Of a stretch of 64,000 nt of DNA, positions 18,801-27,959 are shown one piece after another. The stretch comes from a virus (taxonomy: Duplodnaviria > Caudoviricetes). Numbering within the stretch: the first letter of the stretch is position 1; each line of letters starts with the position of its first letter. Location of the stretch: positions 1 to 64,000 of the IMG/VR virus record IMGVR_UViG_2651869698_000005; one strand, 5' to 3'. The notes below the pieces were generated by a model. The model saw only the letters and a list, made by a program, of their open reading frames with translations, did not search any database and was not told the DNA's origin. The translations under genes and the position numbers were made by a program.

Positions 18801-21008
18801 CTCGCCCCACTGTGTGAGCAGCGGGCCGATGGTGTCACCCATCGCCGCGCCCATCTCGACGAACGCTTCGACGACGCCGGTGATCAGCGGGCCGATACCG
18901 GTCGCGGCGCTCTCGGCCGAGGCGAGGAACTTGTCCATCGTCCCGTCGCCACCGAGGCGGAGCATCATCTCGTCGAGCGAGGACAGAGTGCCCTTGAGCA
19001 TCGTGTTTACGGACGTAGCGAGACGCCCGAAACCATCAGTCAGGTGTCCGAGCTGGCTGTCGGAGAACTCGGTGACCGCGTCGCCGAGGCCCGCGAACAT
19101 GTTGTCCTGGACGACCTGCTGCATCTCTTTCCACGCGGGACCGAGAGCCTTGATCTTGTCGTAGAAATCGCGGGCGTTCGGGCTGAGCTTGGCAAGTGCC
19201 TCGGCCAGCTTGTCCTGGCCGGCACCGGCCGATTCGCCCGCCTCTGCGAGTTCTTTCTGCGCCTTGGCGAGATCTCGAACCGACTGCGCCACAGCACGCT
19301 GCGCGTCGAGGACGCCCTGGTTGGTGTCGGTGACGTTCTGCTTGGCGTCGACGACCTTGTCCGAGCCGGCGACACCGGCGGCATTGGCTGCGGCCGTGTC
19401 GGTGCGGAGGTCAGCGGTGGTGATCTTCGATTCGTCGTACCGCTGCTGGGCGGTACGCAGCTGCAGGGATGCTTCCTGCCGGTCGAGGCGAGATGCCTTG
19501 GGATCCTTCTGGACCCGCGCCAGGTTCTCCTTCGCCCTGGCGACCGCGATGGCCGCGCCCTCCTGAGAGAGTTCGGCATCCTTGAGCTGGTTGTTCATGT
19601 CACGCAGCTCGCGCGAACTCTCGCGGTATGCGTCGTTGAGTGCCTTCTGCGCAGAGACGGCGCTACGTTCAGCTGACTCGAGGCCGCGATGGGCCGAGTT
19701 GACCGACTCCTGAGCATCAGCGACGCCCTCGAGGGCCTCCTGCTGGCGCTCAGCGGCGTCTGCTGCATCGTCGGCCGCGGAGGCCGAAGCCTCGGATCCG
19801 GCAGTGAACGCGCCGACCATGCCCATCGAGCCGACGACAGCCGGGATCGCGAGGACGCCGAGTGCAGCCGCCGCGCCGCCAGCCACGCCCACCAGGCCGC
19901 CGACAGCGGCTGACAGTGCGGTGACGCCGGCGATGATGCCGCCGAACTTGAGAGCGGTCAGGCCCTTCATCTGGAACTCGGCGTCCCTCGCCTTACTGAT
20001 CAGGCGGCGGAAACCGGACTCGTCGACGTCGACGGGAACGTTGATGCGGATGCGCCGTTCGATCTCTTCGATCTCGGCGCGGAGCCGCGCACGCTGCTCG
20101 GCCGCGAGGACCGGGTCGATCGGCACTTCGGCTTCGACGTTGCGGGTGGCCGTTTCGACCATGCCGCGCAGGCGCTGACGGAAGTTTTCACCATCGGGCG
20201 TCAGGGGGATCCGTAGCTCGGCCTGCTCCTGCATCCGACGAAGCTGCGAACGCAGATCCTGCTGGAACGAGTCGAGAGTGACGTCGACATCGACGTTGAG
20301 GTCGCGGGGGAGCGCGGCGCGGATCTGCGCCTCGAGCTCCTCGACCTGGGCGAGCATCCGAGCTCGAGCCTCTGCGGCGAGCGTGGGGTCGACCGGGATG
20401 TTGATGTCGAGGCCGGCAGTTGCCGCGTCGACCATCAGTCGCAGCCGGGCGCGGAAGTCCTCGCCGGCCGGGGTCAGCGGGATCTCGATCTCGGCCTCGC
20501 GCGACATGCGGTCGATTCGGGCTCTGAGATCGCGCTGCCAGGCGTCGTAGTTCGAGTTGGCACCGGGGGAAGGGGTCGGGCGGTTGGGGCCGTTAGGGCC
20601 GCCAGGAGGGGGGTTGCCGGGGAACCCAGACCAGTCGGGGTCGACCCCGACGGTGACGCGGAAAGCATTCGAGGCCGACAGAGCGGCCAGCCGCGCCTGG
20701 AATGCCGCCACGTCGATGTCGAGGTTCACCGCAACCGACAGGTTCGAGGCCGTCGACAGAGCGGTCAGCCGCTCCGCGAGCGCGACCTCGTCGATTGCGA
20801 GATCGACATCGACGGTGAAGTTGCTCGCACTCGACAGGGCGGTCAGCCGCGCCTGCAGATCCGACGTCAGAAGATTGAAGTCGACGTCGAGATCGGGCAC
20901 GGCGACCGTGTTCACCTGCCGAGCAACCTCGGCTCGGAAGTCGTTCGACAGACGCGGCGCGACCGTCAGATACGCGGTACCGGCATCGAAGCTGGTGTAG
21001 TCGGCCAC
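15864..21008 (-). CDS. Tape measure protein with C-terminal lytic transglycosylase domain
   Basis: 1714 aa; coiled-coil and TM segments; ANPIVLVALAIAAL; YATGG motifs; ESGGNPKAQNNWDSNA..GDPSKGLLQ (SLT). Confidence 0.92.
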   Translation of the reverse strand: MADYTSFDAGTAYLTVAPRLSNDFRAEVARQVNTVAVPDLDVDFNLLTSDLQARLTALSSASNFTVDVDLAIDEVALAERLTALSTASNLSVAVNLDIDVAAFQARLAALSASNAFRVTVGVDPDWSGFPGNPPPGGPNGPNRPTPSPGANSNYDAWQRDLRARIDRMSREAEIEIPLTPAGEDFRARLRLMVDAATAGLDINIPVDPTLAAEARARMLAQVEELEAQIRAALPRDLNVDVDVTLDSFQQDLRSQLRRMQEQAELRIPLTPDGENFRQRLRGMVETATRNVEAEVPIDPVLAAEQRARLRAEIEEIERRIRINVPVDVDESGFRRLISKARDAEFQMKGLTALKFGGIIAGVTALSAAVGGLVGVAGGAAAALGVLAIPAVVGSMGMVGAFTAGSEASASAADDAADAAERQQEALEGVADAQESVNSAHRGLESAERSAVSAQKALNDAYRESSRELRDMNNQLKDAELSQEGAAIAVARAKENLARVQKDPKASRLDRQEASLQLRTAQQRYDESKITTADLRTDTAAANAAGVAGSDKVVDAKQNVTDTNQGVLDAQRAVAQSVRDLAKAQKELAEAGESAGAGQDKLAEALAKLSPNARDFYDKIKALGPAWKEMQQVVQDNMFAGLGDAVTEFSDSQLGHLTDGFGRLATSVNTMLKGTLSSLDEMMLRLGGDGTMDKFLASAESAATGIGPLITGVVEAFVEMGAAMGDTIGPLLTQWGESIAMLGEPLGKLGAVFAEGMTDGENGFAGLIVDLADGLMPLIDPTLAFFESLSNLIRDNLPQISRIGGDLVEGFGGALDAIGPLLPPILDAIEFITDKFAEHPGGFMAFFAGWSALSGITAGIGGVSKLFDTWSKLGPMIEAVRNFGIAQKIASAATAVWTGITAAFNVVMSANPIVLVALAIAALVAGIVLAYKNVDWFREAVDKTWDTLVDWAGWLGGFFADLWNGLYDNVIRPVWDSILGAINWARDGIGSAFTSIGEGVDSVGGFFSDLGDTVSRIWKSIVNVIAVAVGQIGRLLQSIKIPDWVPAIGGKGLDGLGDKLVKWSDANRYATGGHISGPGGPKDDLVPAWLSNGEYVVNAAATAKHGPLIEAINEDRIPAFKDGGPVKYGPYAPGDPEDPKNKKSWYAEQYPDTRAQRDPNEVIATPSPDAPVQGPQKQSWYAEQYPDTRAQNSDAVATQSAPAPSGAAPSAEGLSSVGFGGTGGTVQSGVELTSDIQTSMWDAVRTAFPDAVLTSGTRYADVGSGFDNHMGARAIDLAGPRMPDIARWIYALNKSQQVEELIHAPLDGWENLKKGSPLNFGAGTDADHLDHVHFAMATPVTAASTPAAPAAGDTAAGSGDSSTLSATAGLDSSTDALTGMGDLSGTDSSSLGTETSWSSLAGGVANAFVSGMVGDALGVFGIPDEMPGIVKAGQILWNDNKDRLAGDGDVADTSNIAASPAGTGQGVGDSTASASESSSASSAGNPYDHVYEPAGGAEQWQGVVEAVFKLGGWSLADVPRAIQQIGIESGGNPKAQNNWDSNAAKGDPSKGLLQTVQGTYDAFKSPSLLDDIFDPANNIFAATNYVMSDPKFKGKGIAGVWPTTNGYATGGSVWGPGTTTSDSIPAWLSDREFVMNAKSADANRPLLEAMNNDANVVNNSLAPMFRGIRNSSSASESHVDNSMVVNLSTPDVDSAFSRAKAWEAQRSLTYSTPGR

Positions 21009-21025
21009 GGGGGCTCACCTCTAAT

Positions 21026-21810
21026 TCAGTTGTCGCCCTCCGCGTTTCCGTGCGCAGAGAACAGGTCGATCAGGTTTTGCATTCGGCCGCGCCAGCGCTC
21101 GTCCTTGACGATGTCCAGGGCTGTCTGCGGGCGTTTCATAGGGGTGAGCTGGGGCGGGTCAGCGCCCGCGGCCGCGATGACGGCGGCCTGTACCGACTGC
21201 AGAGAATCGACGATCGTCAGCAGCAGGTACGTGTCGAGGGTGTAGCCCAGAGGCGTTGGGGGCTCGTTAGATTCGGGAAGGTCGGCGATCATCTCGGCGA
21301 TCTCTCGGCTCATCTGCACCGCGGTCTTGTAGTGAGATCCGCGGGGCAGACGATCCTTGAGCCGAAATAGCTCGCACCAGTGCCGGCCGCCGCCAGGGAA
21401 ATAGTCTTTGACGTCTATCCCCAGCTCGTGCAGGAAGTCGTAGGCGAGGTCATTGCCGAACTGGTCCCAAAAATCTAGGAGCCCTCGGACCCCCCCGGCA
21501 CCTCCGTGGCACCGTTGCCGTAGAAGTGGTTCTGCAGATCCTTCTGGAACTCGACCCAGTCATCGAGCTCGAGGTCGTCGTACAGTGCCTCGACAGCGTC
21601 GAAGTTGTCGCCGAGGATGATCTTGAGCTGCTCGTCCTCGTTCTTCGCGTTGCGGATCTCGCGCGCCTGCCGGCGGGTGATCGGGTTGATGACGATGTCC
21701 TTGGTCAGGACGTACGGGCCGCGGCGCTTCTTGTCGAGTTCCTCGCGGATCTCGAAGAACCGACCTTCGTCGGGCGTGCCTGCAGGGGACTTGCTGGTGC
21801 GTGTAGCCAT
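21026..21810 (-). CDS. Tail assembly chaperone, long (-1 frameshift) form
   Basis: G7 run at 21490-21496 (minus strand); the -1 frame reads VRGLLDFWDQFGNDLAYDF... and is continuous with ORF 21026-21319. Confidence 0.8.
21475..21810 (-). CDS. Tail assembly chaperone, short form
   Basis: 111 aa ORF ending EVPGGSEGS*; lies upstream of the tape measure. Confidence 0.85.
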   Translation of the reverse strand: MATRTSKSPAGTPDEGRFFEIREELDKKRRGPYVLTKDIVINPITRRQAREIRNAKNEDEQLKIILGDNFDAVEALYDDLELDDWVEFQKDLQNHFYGNGATEVPGGSEGS

Positions 21811-21858
21811 GATGATGTTTCTCCGGTTGTGTTGTGGGGGTTGCCGATTAGGCGGGGA

Positions 21859-22017
21859 TCAGAAGGTGCGGACGCGCTGCTCGGTGGCCGGCAGGTTCTT
21901 GCGGCCGCCGCCCTTGGGGAAGTTGCCGCCCGGCTTCGGCGCGGACTTCTGCGCCAGCGTCGGGCCGATCTTGGTGCGGCTGAGACCGGGGGCGGTCAGT
22001 GAGGTGGACTTGCTCAT
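21859..22017 (-). CDS. Small basic protein (52 aa)
   Basis: MSKSTSLTAPGLSRTKIGP...; AAGGAG RBS; ATGA overlap with the upstream gene. Confidence 0.5.
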   Translation of the reverse strand: MSKSTSLTAPGLSRTKIGPTLAQKSAPKPGGNFPKGGGRKNLPATEQRVRTF

Positions 22018-22295
22018 GCGGTGGCTCCTTCGGAGTTGCGGCGGCGACGGCTCGGTGCCTTCGCGGGGGGAGTGTCGGCTTCGACGTTGACCTCGGGCTC
22101 GGGCTCGATCGCGGCCTCGGCCTCGGGCTCGGCCGGCACGTCTGATGCCTCGGGATAGACAAGTTCCTTGTCGCCGACGATGACGGGCTTGCGACGGAAT
22201 CCGCCGCTGTACAGCGCATTACAGAGCTGCGTGGGCGTCAGAGCGGTGAACTCGACGTCGCCCTTGACCAGCTCGACGGGGGTGAAATCAGACAT
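22014..22295 (-). CDS. Hypothetical virion-operon protein
   Basis: 93 aa with an acidic Pro/Glu-rich tail. Confidence 0.6.
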   Translation of the reverse strand: MSDFTPVELVKGDVEFTALTPTQLCNALYSGGFRRKPVIVGDKELVYPEASDVPAEPEAEAAIEPEPEVNVEADTPPAKAPSRRRRNSEGATA

Positions 22296-22322
22296 GCGGG
22301 GGTGTTTCCTGCCTTCTCCGGT

Positions 22323-22374
22323 AGAAAGGGAAAGCCCCCGCGTTGCGACCGGAGACGCACAACGCGAGGGCGAG
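22323..22374 (-). terminator. Intrinsic terminator
   Basis: GCCCTCGCGTTGTG...CGCAACGCGGGGGC followed by TTTCCCTTTCT on the minus strand. Confidence 0.55.
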
Positions 22375-22414
22375 TGATGGGGGTGTGTCGGTGGGGTGGA
22401 CTACCGTCGGCGAA

Positions 22415-22642
22415 ATGGAGCTCTATCGCCTTGGTGACCGGTGGGCCGAGCCGGCACCCAGCCGCTGCCCGCGAGGGCATCGGCTGGGGCCAGGCCAGGT
22501 GCTGGTGGGGTCGCAGGTCTGCTCATGCGAGGTGCACCACCACCGCACCCATGCCTGCCGGCAGTGCGACGAGGTCGTCTACACGCCGGCGATGACGGCC
22601 GACTGCGATGACAGCAGTTTCGACGGTCGCGCGCGCCGTTGA
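22415..22642 (+). CDS. Small Cys/His-rich (zinc-binding) protein on the opposite strand
   Basis: CPRGH...CSC...HRTHACRQC. Confidence 0.6.
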   Translation: MELYRLGDRWAEPAPSRCPRGHRLGPGQVLVGSQVCSCEVHHHRTHACRQCDEVVYTPAMTADCDDSSFDGRARR

Positions 22643-22646
22643 GGCG

Positions 22647-24293
22647 TTAGAGGATCGGGCCTGACGATGTCGACATACCCGCCGTACCCGACCATGCCCA
22701 GCCGCTGCTCGCACCGTCTGCGTAAGCGCGAAGGGTTGCCCCTTCGGTGATCATGGCGGCGGTGGCTTCGATGTAGCTCTCGTCGGAAAGCGATCCAACT
22801 GCACCGAGGACGCGCGGTGCCGCTGACACCGAATCTGTTGTTGCAACCCAGGTGTGACTCAACCGTGTCCAGGTGTTCGCCTCCAACGCCACGGGCGTCC
22901 CCTGGATATCGCTAGAGGCGGTTGACGTGTAGTCGCGTGTCCAAATGTTCAGGGTCATCGCCTTCGAGGCCCGAACGTACATCGACGATGTGTAGGTCTT
23001 TCCTCCGACGATGTCAGCGCGGGTGGGGGCTGATCCGCCACCGACGTTGATAAGTGGCTGTACGTTCATCCCGGCCACACCCTTGCAGCGAACCGCCTTG
23101 CCACGGGGCGCGCCCGTTACTGTCTCCAACGACATAATCACCGAAGCACCAGTACTCGGCGTCCCCGACCCCAGCACTGTGTTCCATGTTCCACCGGAAT
23201 AGGGAACTGCAAGGGTCGGGTCCGGTACGCGCACGAGGTTGGTCAATGCGGCGGGCGGCGGCGCGGGCAGTACGGGCTCTGTCTGGATAAACCCTCGATC
23301 GAACGCGGCCTTCTGTAAGAAGTAAAGCAACGCAGTGCCACCAAGGTCGTTGAGATGCCCTTCATCCGAGCGCAAGGACCGCGGGGTGACGCCGTTGGTG
23401 ATGTCGGTCTGATCATCCGATGTGAACGTGATTCCAGCTGCACGGGCCGCCGTGGAAGTGCGCAGCAGCTCGAACCCGTTGAAGTATTCCGCCGGGAATG
23501 CCGCTTTGATCATGGAATTGAGCGTGTTCAACTGCTCACGGAAAGAACCGGATGCGGCGGGAAGCGGCTCCGTCGACCATGGAGGAACCTCGAAGACAAA
23601 CCCCTGAGGATGCGTCTGAAACTCGCGCATCGCGCGGATGCCCGCGACAATAGATGCCGGATCGACACCCTTGAATCCGTTGCGGCCCACTGCGATCGTG
23701 AACTTACGATCCCGGTTGGCGGTCGATACGCTCGTAACGAACGGCGTCGCCGCAGGCACTGCTGTGACAGACCCGGCAGCGGTTCGGGTGAAGGAATGTC
23801 CCATGCCGCTGTCTCGGGTCAGCGTGCCCGCGACCCCAGCGAGGACTCCCACGATGGACCCGTTCGGGTCAACAGGGGTACGTGAAATCGTCGTAACAGC
23901 AATGGACCCCGATGCGGGAATCGAATTACCGGCAACAGTGCACAGGGCCGGAATTCCCCCTTGCCGGCTGGCGATCTGGGCGATCGACTGGCCGCCAACG
24001 CCGCCGTTGTAATGGCTACGGCCGGTGACGGCGGCGAGTTTCGTCACCCAGTTTCCAGAACTACCCGCGCTGGTCATCGAATCACCCCAGTGCGCCCAGT
24101 CTTGCGGGAGCGCGACAGGAGCAGCAGGGGCGTACCGCCGATCGCTCAGGGATCTCTCGCCGTCGAGGATCGCGTTGAGTTCGTCGATGTCGACGGCGTC
24201 GTCGATACCGGCTTCGATGCGGTTCATTTCATCGGCGGTGATCGGGGTGGTTTTGTCTGGCTTACCCTTCCAGAACTTTCTGTTGAATGCCAA
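22647..24293 (-). CDS. Virion-associated SGNH-hydrolase + carbohydrate-binding-domain protein
   Basis: GDSMT (block I), NGGVGGQ (II), GRN (III), DEGHLN (V); C-terminal CBM4-like jelly roll; N-terminal TPITADEMNRIEAGI anchor. Confidence 0.7.
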   Translation of the reverse strand: MAFNRKFWKGKPDKTTPITADEMNRIEAGIDDAVDIDELNAILDGERSLSDRRYAPAAPVALPQDWAHWGDSMTSAGSSGNWVTKLAAVTGRSHYNGGVGGQSIAQIASRQGGIPALCTVAGNSIPASGSIAVTTISRTPVDPNGSIVGVLAGVAGTLTRDSGMGHSFTRTAAGSVTAVPAATPFVTSVSTANRDRKFTIAVGRNGFKGVDPASIVAGIRAMREFQTHPQGFVFEVPPWSTEPLPAASGSFREQLNTLNSMIKAAFPAEYFNGFELLRTSTAARAAGITFTSDDQTDITNGVTPRSLRSDEGHLNDLGGTALLYFLQKAAFDRGFIQTEPVLPAPPPAALTNLVRVPDPTLAVPYSGGTWNTVLGSGTPSTGASVIMSLETVTGAPRGKAVRCKGVAGMNVQPLINVGGGSAPTRADIVGGKTYTSSMYVRASKAMTLNIWTRDYTSTASSDIQGTPVALEANTWTRLSHTWVATTDSVSAAPRVLGAVGSLSDESYIEATAAMITEGATLRAYADGASSGWAWSGTAGMSTSSGPIL

Positions 24294-24413
24294 AATGGTT
24301 TCCTATCAACGAAATTGGATGGCAGCTCAGACCTGCCCCCGTCTCGCCGGCGCTGCCTCAGTCCGGAAAGACATCAGTGCCAGGGAACAGATCGTTCCCC
24401 GGCACCAGGGGCA

Positions 24414-25079
24414 TTAAGGGGTTGCGAAACCGAACTTGGCGAGCTTGTTCTTCCAGCCCAGGCCGCCGAAGCCGTGGCCGACCGCGAAACCGGCGGTGTC
24501 GTCCTTGAACGCGGTCATCGTCAGCTTCTGCTGCAGACCCGCGTTCTGGTTCCAGTTCTCGCCGTCGTACTGCGAGACAGCAACCTTCGGGAGCACCTTG
24601 AACACGAAGATCGGCTCCTCGTCGGAGCCGTCCTGGCCGATGACGATCGCCGAGTAGTACCGGATCGACGGGTTCGACGGCTGAGCGAAGAAAACCTCAC
24701 CCGAGTCGGCAGCCGCGACGATGGCGTCGAGGTCGGTGTTCGTGGTCAGCTCGAGGTTGAACTTGGTCGTCTGCTGCGGGGTGAACGCCAGAGTGGTCGT
24801 GTCCGCGGTGACGTCCATACGGGTCGCCTGCAGCTCGCCGTAGGATTCGATATTCGACGTCTCGACCTGGCGGGCGAACGCGATGCCGTCCGACTTGGCG
24901 ATCAGGCCGACGGGGTTCCAGGCGATCGGCAGCTTCTGCAGCACCGAGGTCGCCGAGGTGAACGCGGCCGGGTGGGCGGTGTACCAGGGAGCGAGGAAGA
25001 TTGCCGCGTCGAGGGGCTTGAGCAGGGTCTCGTTCTTCGCACCCTTGAGCAGGGTCAGGGAGGTATCTTCGGCAGCCAT
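24414..25079 (-). CDS. Major tail protein
   Basis: LDAAIFLAP...WNPVGLIAKSDGIAF...IESYGEL..TR.D motifs; operon position. Confidence 0.85.
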   Translation of the reverse strand: MAAEDTSLTLLKGAKNETLLKPLDAAIFLAPWYTAHPAAFTSATSVLQKLPIAWNPVGLIAKSDGIAFARQVETSNIESYGELQATRMDVTADTTTLAFTPQQTTKFNLELTTNTDLDAIVAAADSGEVFFAQPSNPSIRYYSAIVIGQDGSDEEPIFVFKVLPKVAVSQYDGENWNQNAGLQQKLTMTAFKDDTAGFAVGHGFGGLGWKNKLAKFGFATP

Positions 25080-25104
25080 TGAGGCGACTCCTTCGTGGAG
25101 GGGT

Positions 25105-25138
25105 GAAACGACAAAGGCACCCGGCGTTGCGGGTGCCA
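25105..25138 (-). terminator. Terminator-like hairpin upstream of the major tail gene
   Basis: GGCACCCG-CAACGC-CGGGTGCC then TTTGTCGTTT on the minus strand. Confidence 0.5.
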
Positions 25139-25163
25139 TGAGGTCGGAAAGTGTTGGGAGCCG

Positions 25164-25568
25164 CTAGTACTGGCGGCGGGCAGAGATGACGAAACCGACT
25201 TGCACGGTTCGGTTCAGCGGGTCGAGATCGGGGATCTCGAGGACGCCCGACATCTCGTGTGTGTGGTCGATCAGGACGCCGTTGACGCGAGTTCCGCCAG
25301 CGTCTCGGGTCGCGCGCTTCGCCTTACCGGCGATACGCTGCGACTGACTGCGGGTGTGCGAGAAGATCGTCAGCTGGACCATCGCGTTGTCGGTGATGTC
25401 ATCGACGTCCGGTGCGCCACCGGTGCGGCGCGCCCAGATCAGCGGCATCGCTTCCTCGAGCTCCTCGGGGGAGTCGGGAATCGTGGTGCAGGTGTACGCG
25501 ATCGGGGTCAACAGATCGACGAGAACCTGCTCGAAATCGGGGTACTCACCGTATTCGGGGTAATCCAT
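25164..25568 (-). CDS. Tail terminator protein
   Basis: YPDFEQVLVDLL...RRTGGAPD; operon position. Confidence 0.7.
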   Translation of the reverse strand: MDYPEYGEYPDFEQVLVDLLTPIAYTCTTIPDSPEELEEAMPLIWARRTGGAPDVDDITDNAMVQLTIFSHTRSQSQRIAGKAKRATRDAGGTRVNGVLIDHTHEMSGVLEIPDLDPLNRTVQVGFVISARRQY

Positions 25569-25876
25569 CAGGCCTCCCGAATGGCGTCGGTGGATCGGCG
25601 TAGCACGCGCTCGGGGCGGTTCCATCGCGTGCCGATCTCGCGCCACTTGGCGTAGTAGCCGTGGGTGTAGATGACGGCGACGTCACGGTCGGCGAGATCG
25701 CCGCTACCGCGTCCCTCGAGGACACGCACACTCGAGGCGTTGAAGCCGGTGCGGATGATCGAGTTCATCGTCCAGAACGTCGCCCCTGCCTGCGCTTTTC
25801 GACGCAGAACCCTTTTCAGTGGGGCTGAATCGGTCAGCACTCGGTCGAAGTTCGACCCGGCCGGGTTGTACTGCAT
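25568..25876 (-). CDS. Head-tail / tail completion protein (HK97 gp10-like)
   Basis: RTG...YYAKWREIGT motif; operon position. Confidence 0.6.
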   Translation of the reverse strand: MQYNPAGSNFDRVLTDSAPLKRVLRRKAQAGATFWTMNSIIRTGFNASSVRVLEGRGSGDLADRDVAVIYTHGYYAKWREIGTRWNRPERVLRRSTDAIREA

Positions 25877-26241
25877 CAGGTGACCTCCCGAATCGTGAAC
25901 TGCAGGAACGGGGCCCACCCGGTGAACGGGTTACGGGGGTACTCGATCGCCGAGGTGATCGACGCGACGTGACCGCTGGGGAGCTTGATGCGATCGGTCT
26001 TGCGGACATCGGCGTCGGTCGGGGCGTTAACGGTGATCGAGCCGATCGCTCGCTGGTCGCCGACCTTGAAGTTGATCGCCGAGGAGCTCGAGATGCTGCA
26101 CGGGCCGATCTGGTGTCGATCGGACCATCCGCCTTCGACGACGTTGCCGTCTTCGTCGACGGCGTCGCCGTGCACGTTCTTGCCGGCTTCGCGTTGGACC
26201 GTCAGCATCGCCCCGGCGGGGAAGTCCATGTCGCCGGCCAT
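25876..26241 (-). CDS. Head-to-tail stopper
   Basis: APTDADVRKTDRI...NPFTGWAP motif. Confidence 0.7.
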   Translation of the reverse strand: MAGDMDFPAGAMLTVQREAGKNVHGDAVDEDGNVVEGGWSDRHQIGPCSISSSSAINFKVGDQRAIGSITVNAPTDADVRKTDRIKLPSGHVASITSAIEYPRNPFTGWAPFLQFTIREVT

Positions 26242-26657
26242 CAGTAGACGTCCGGCATGGCCGAGAGGAGACCGGCGTTGTCGAGGATCGTCATCGAGTC
26301 CTCGCACAGGTGCTCCACAGCGGCGCGTACCTGCTCGGGGGTCAGCGTGTTCACGTACGACACGGACCCGCCGGCTGCGGACTGCGAGGAGATGATCGGC
26401 GCGAGGCCGAGAACACCGCCATCGGGGTCGATACCGGACTTCGTCCAGTAGGTGACCTGTTGCAGCACTGCCTGTTTCATCGCCTCGGCCTTGTCCTCGT
26501 TCAGAGGAATGCCGTCGGACCCGACCCTGTATTTGGCGAGCTTGGTCGCCTTGGTGACCTTGCCGGAGGCGTTGCGGATCAACGCCGCCGCATTGGGAGG
26601 CACGGCCGGCAGCCATTCGTCGGTGATGTCAGCTGGTGAGGCGTATCGAATGTCCAC
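26241..26657 (-). CDS. Head-to-tail adaptor
   Basis: YASPADI...QAVLQQVTYW...GGSVSY...ILDNAGLL. Confidence 0.7.
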   Translation of the reverse strand: MDIRYASPADITDEWLPAVPPNAAALIRNASGKVTKATKLAKYRVGSDGIPLNEDKAEAMKQAVLQQVTYWTKSGIDPDGGVLGLAPIISSQSAAGGSVSYVNTLTPEQVRAAVEHLCEDSMTILDNAGLLSAMPDVY

Positions 26658-26679
26658 CGGCCATGCTCCTATTCAGTTG

Positions 26680-27012
26680 TTACTCGAACCACGACGCGAT
26701 GACCGTGGTCTTCACGCCCTTGAGTTCTGCGCGGGTCTTGCCGTTGTCGAGCGCGTAGGCGATCCAGTCCTCGCGGTCACCCTCGGGGCCGGGCTTCGGA
26801 ACTGCGTTGTCACGCACCGGAGTGGTGACCAGTTCGCTCTGCGCGGCGTCGAGTGCGGCGTCGAGGCCGACAGCCGTATCCGGCTCGACCTGGTCTTCGG
26901 GGGCGCTGAGCCCGTCCTCGTCGCGGACCCAGCGGGCCAGGCCGTCCAGATGGGAGGGGTCATCCTCCACCTGGACTACCTGGCCGCTGTTGACGTTTCG
27001 GAAGGTCGGCAT
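26680..27012 (-). CDS. Hypothetical head-associated protein
   Basis: 110 aa gene directly after the capsid gene. Confidence 0.6.
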   Translation of the reverse strand: MPTFRNVNSGQVVQVEDDPSHLDGLARWVRDEDGLSAPEDQVEPDTAVGLDAALDAAQSELVTTPVRDNAVPKPGPEGDREDWIAYALDNGKTRAELKGVKTTVIASWFE

Positions 27013-27935
27013 CAGGCCTTGTCAGCGCCCTTGATCAGGACGGCACGGTTGGCGTCGAGGGTCTTCACGCCGTAGAGGGTGTCGAGCGAGACCACCGTCT
27101 GCTTCTTGTTGATGTCGTACTGGTACGCCACGCGGATGCTCAGGCCCTTGAAGTTCTCGGCGGCCGCGAAGCTGCCGGGAGCGATCTCGAGCGGAGCCGA
27201 GGCGAAGCAGAACGCGGTCTCGTGGAACGCGATGCCGACCTCGGTCGTCGGGTCACCTGCGACCTGCGCACCGACCAGCTTCGGCTGGCCGACGTTCTGG
27301 GTCTGGTAGGCGTCGAAGCCGAAGATGTCCTGACCGATGGAGCCCTTGCGGAGCGCCTCGGTGGAGTTCGACTTGTCGGCGTGCTTGATGATGTCCGAGT
27401 TGAGCCACTGCGCCTTGGTCGTGGGACCGGTGACGGCGTTGCGGGCATCGGCCGGCACGTTGAGGATGTCGAGCTGGCGGCCAGCTTCGATGAGCACCTC
27501 GGGCTTGTTCCACTCGAAACCAGCCTGCGATGCCAGTCCGGCCTCGGCGGTGATGTCGTTGCGGAGCGAGAGGATGGCGCGGTCGATCTTCTGCGCGATC
27601 GCCTTCATTGCCGGCTCGAGCAGCTGGCTGTCGAAGTCGACGATGTCGAGGGTCAGTTCCTCCGTGGTGACGGCGAAGCTGACGTCGGCGATGTGGTCGA
27701 GGCTGACGGGGATCGAGCTTTCCGTCGCGTTCTGCAGTTCGATGCCGGTGGAGCGATCGAACTCGGTCGCCTCGAAGACGGCCGGGCGGCGGACGTTGAT
27801 CGTGTTGCCGGCCTTCTGGCTGGTGAACTCCGAGGACAGGTCGGTGTAGACCAGGGGAACCATGACCAGGTTCTCGTAGAGGGTCGCGAGGGCCTGCTTG
27901 GCGATCAGGGACGGGGTGAGCAGGGTGTTTGCCAC
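27012..27935 (-). CDS. Major capsid protein (HK97 fold, P22-coat-like family)
   Basis: MANTLLTPSLIAKQALATL...GNTINVRRP...SLDTLYGVKTLD. Confidence 0.9.
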   Translation of the reverse strand: MANTLLTPSLIAKQALATLYENLVMVPLVYTDLSSEFTSQKAGNTINVRRPAVFEATEFDRSTGIELQNATESSIPVSLDHIADVSFAVTTEELTLDIVDFDSQLLEPAMKAIAQKIDRAILSLRNDITAEAGLASQAGFEWNKPEVLIEAGRQLDILNVPADARNAVTGPTTKAQWLNSDIIKHADKSNSTEALRKGSIGQDIFGFDAYQTQNVGQPKLVGAQVAGDPTTEVGIAFHETAFCFASAPLEIAPGSFAAAENFKGLSIRVAYQYDINKKQTVVSLDTLYGVKTLDANRAVLIKGADKA

Positions 27936-27959
27936 TGGGGCTCCTTGTTGCTTGGGGGG

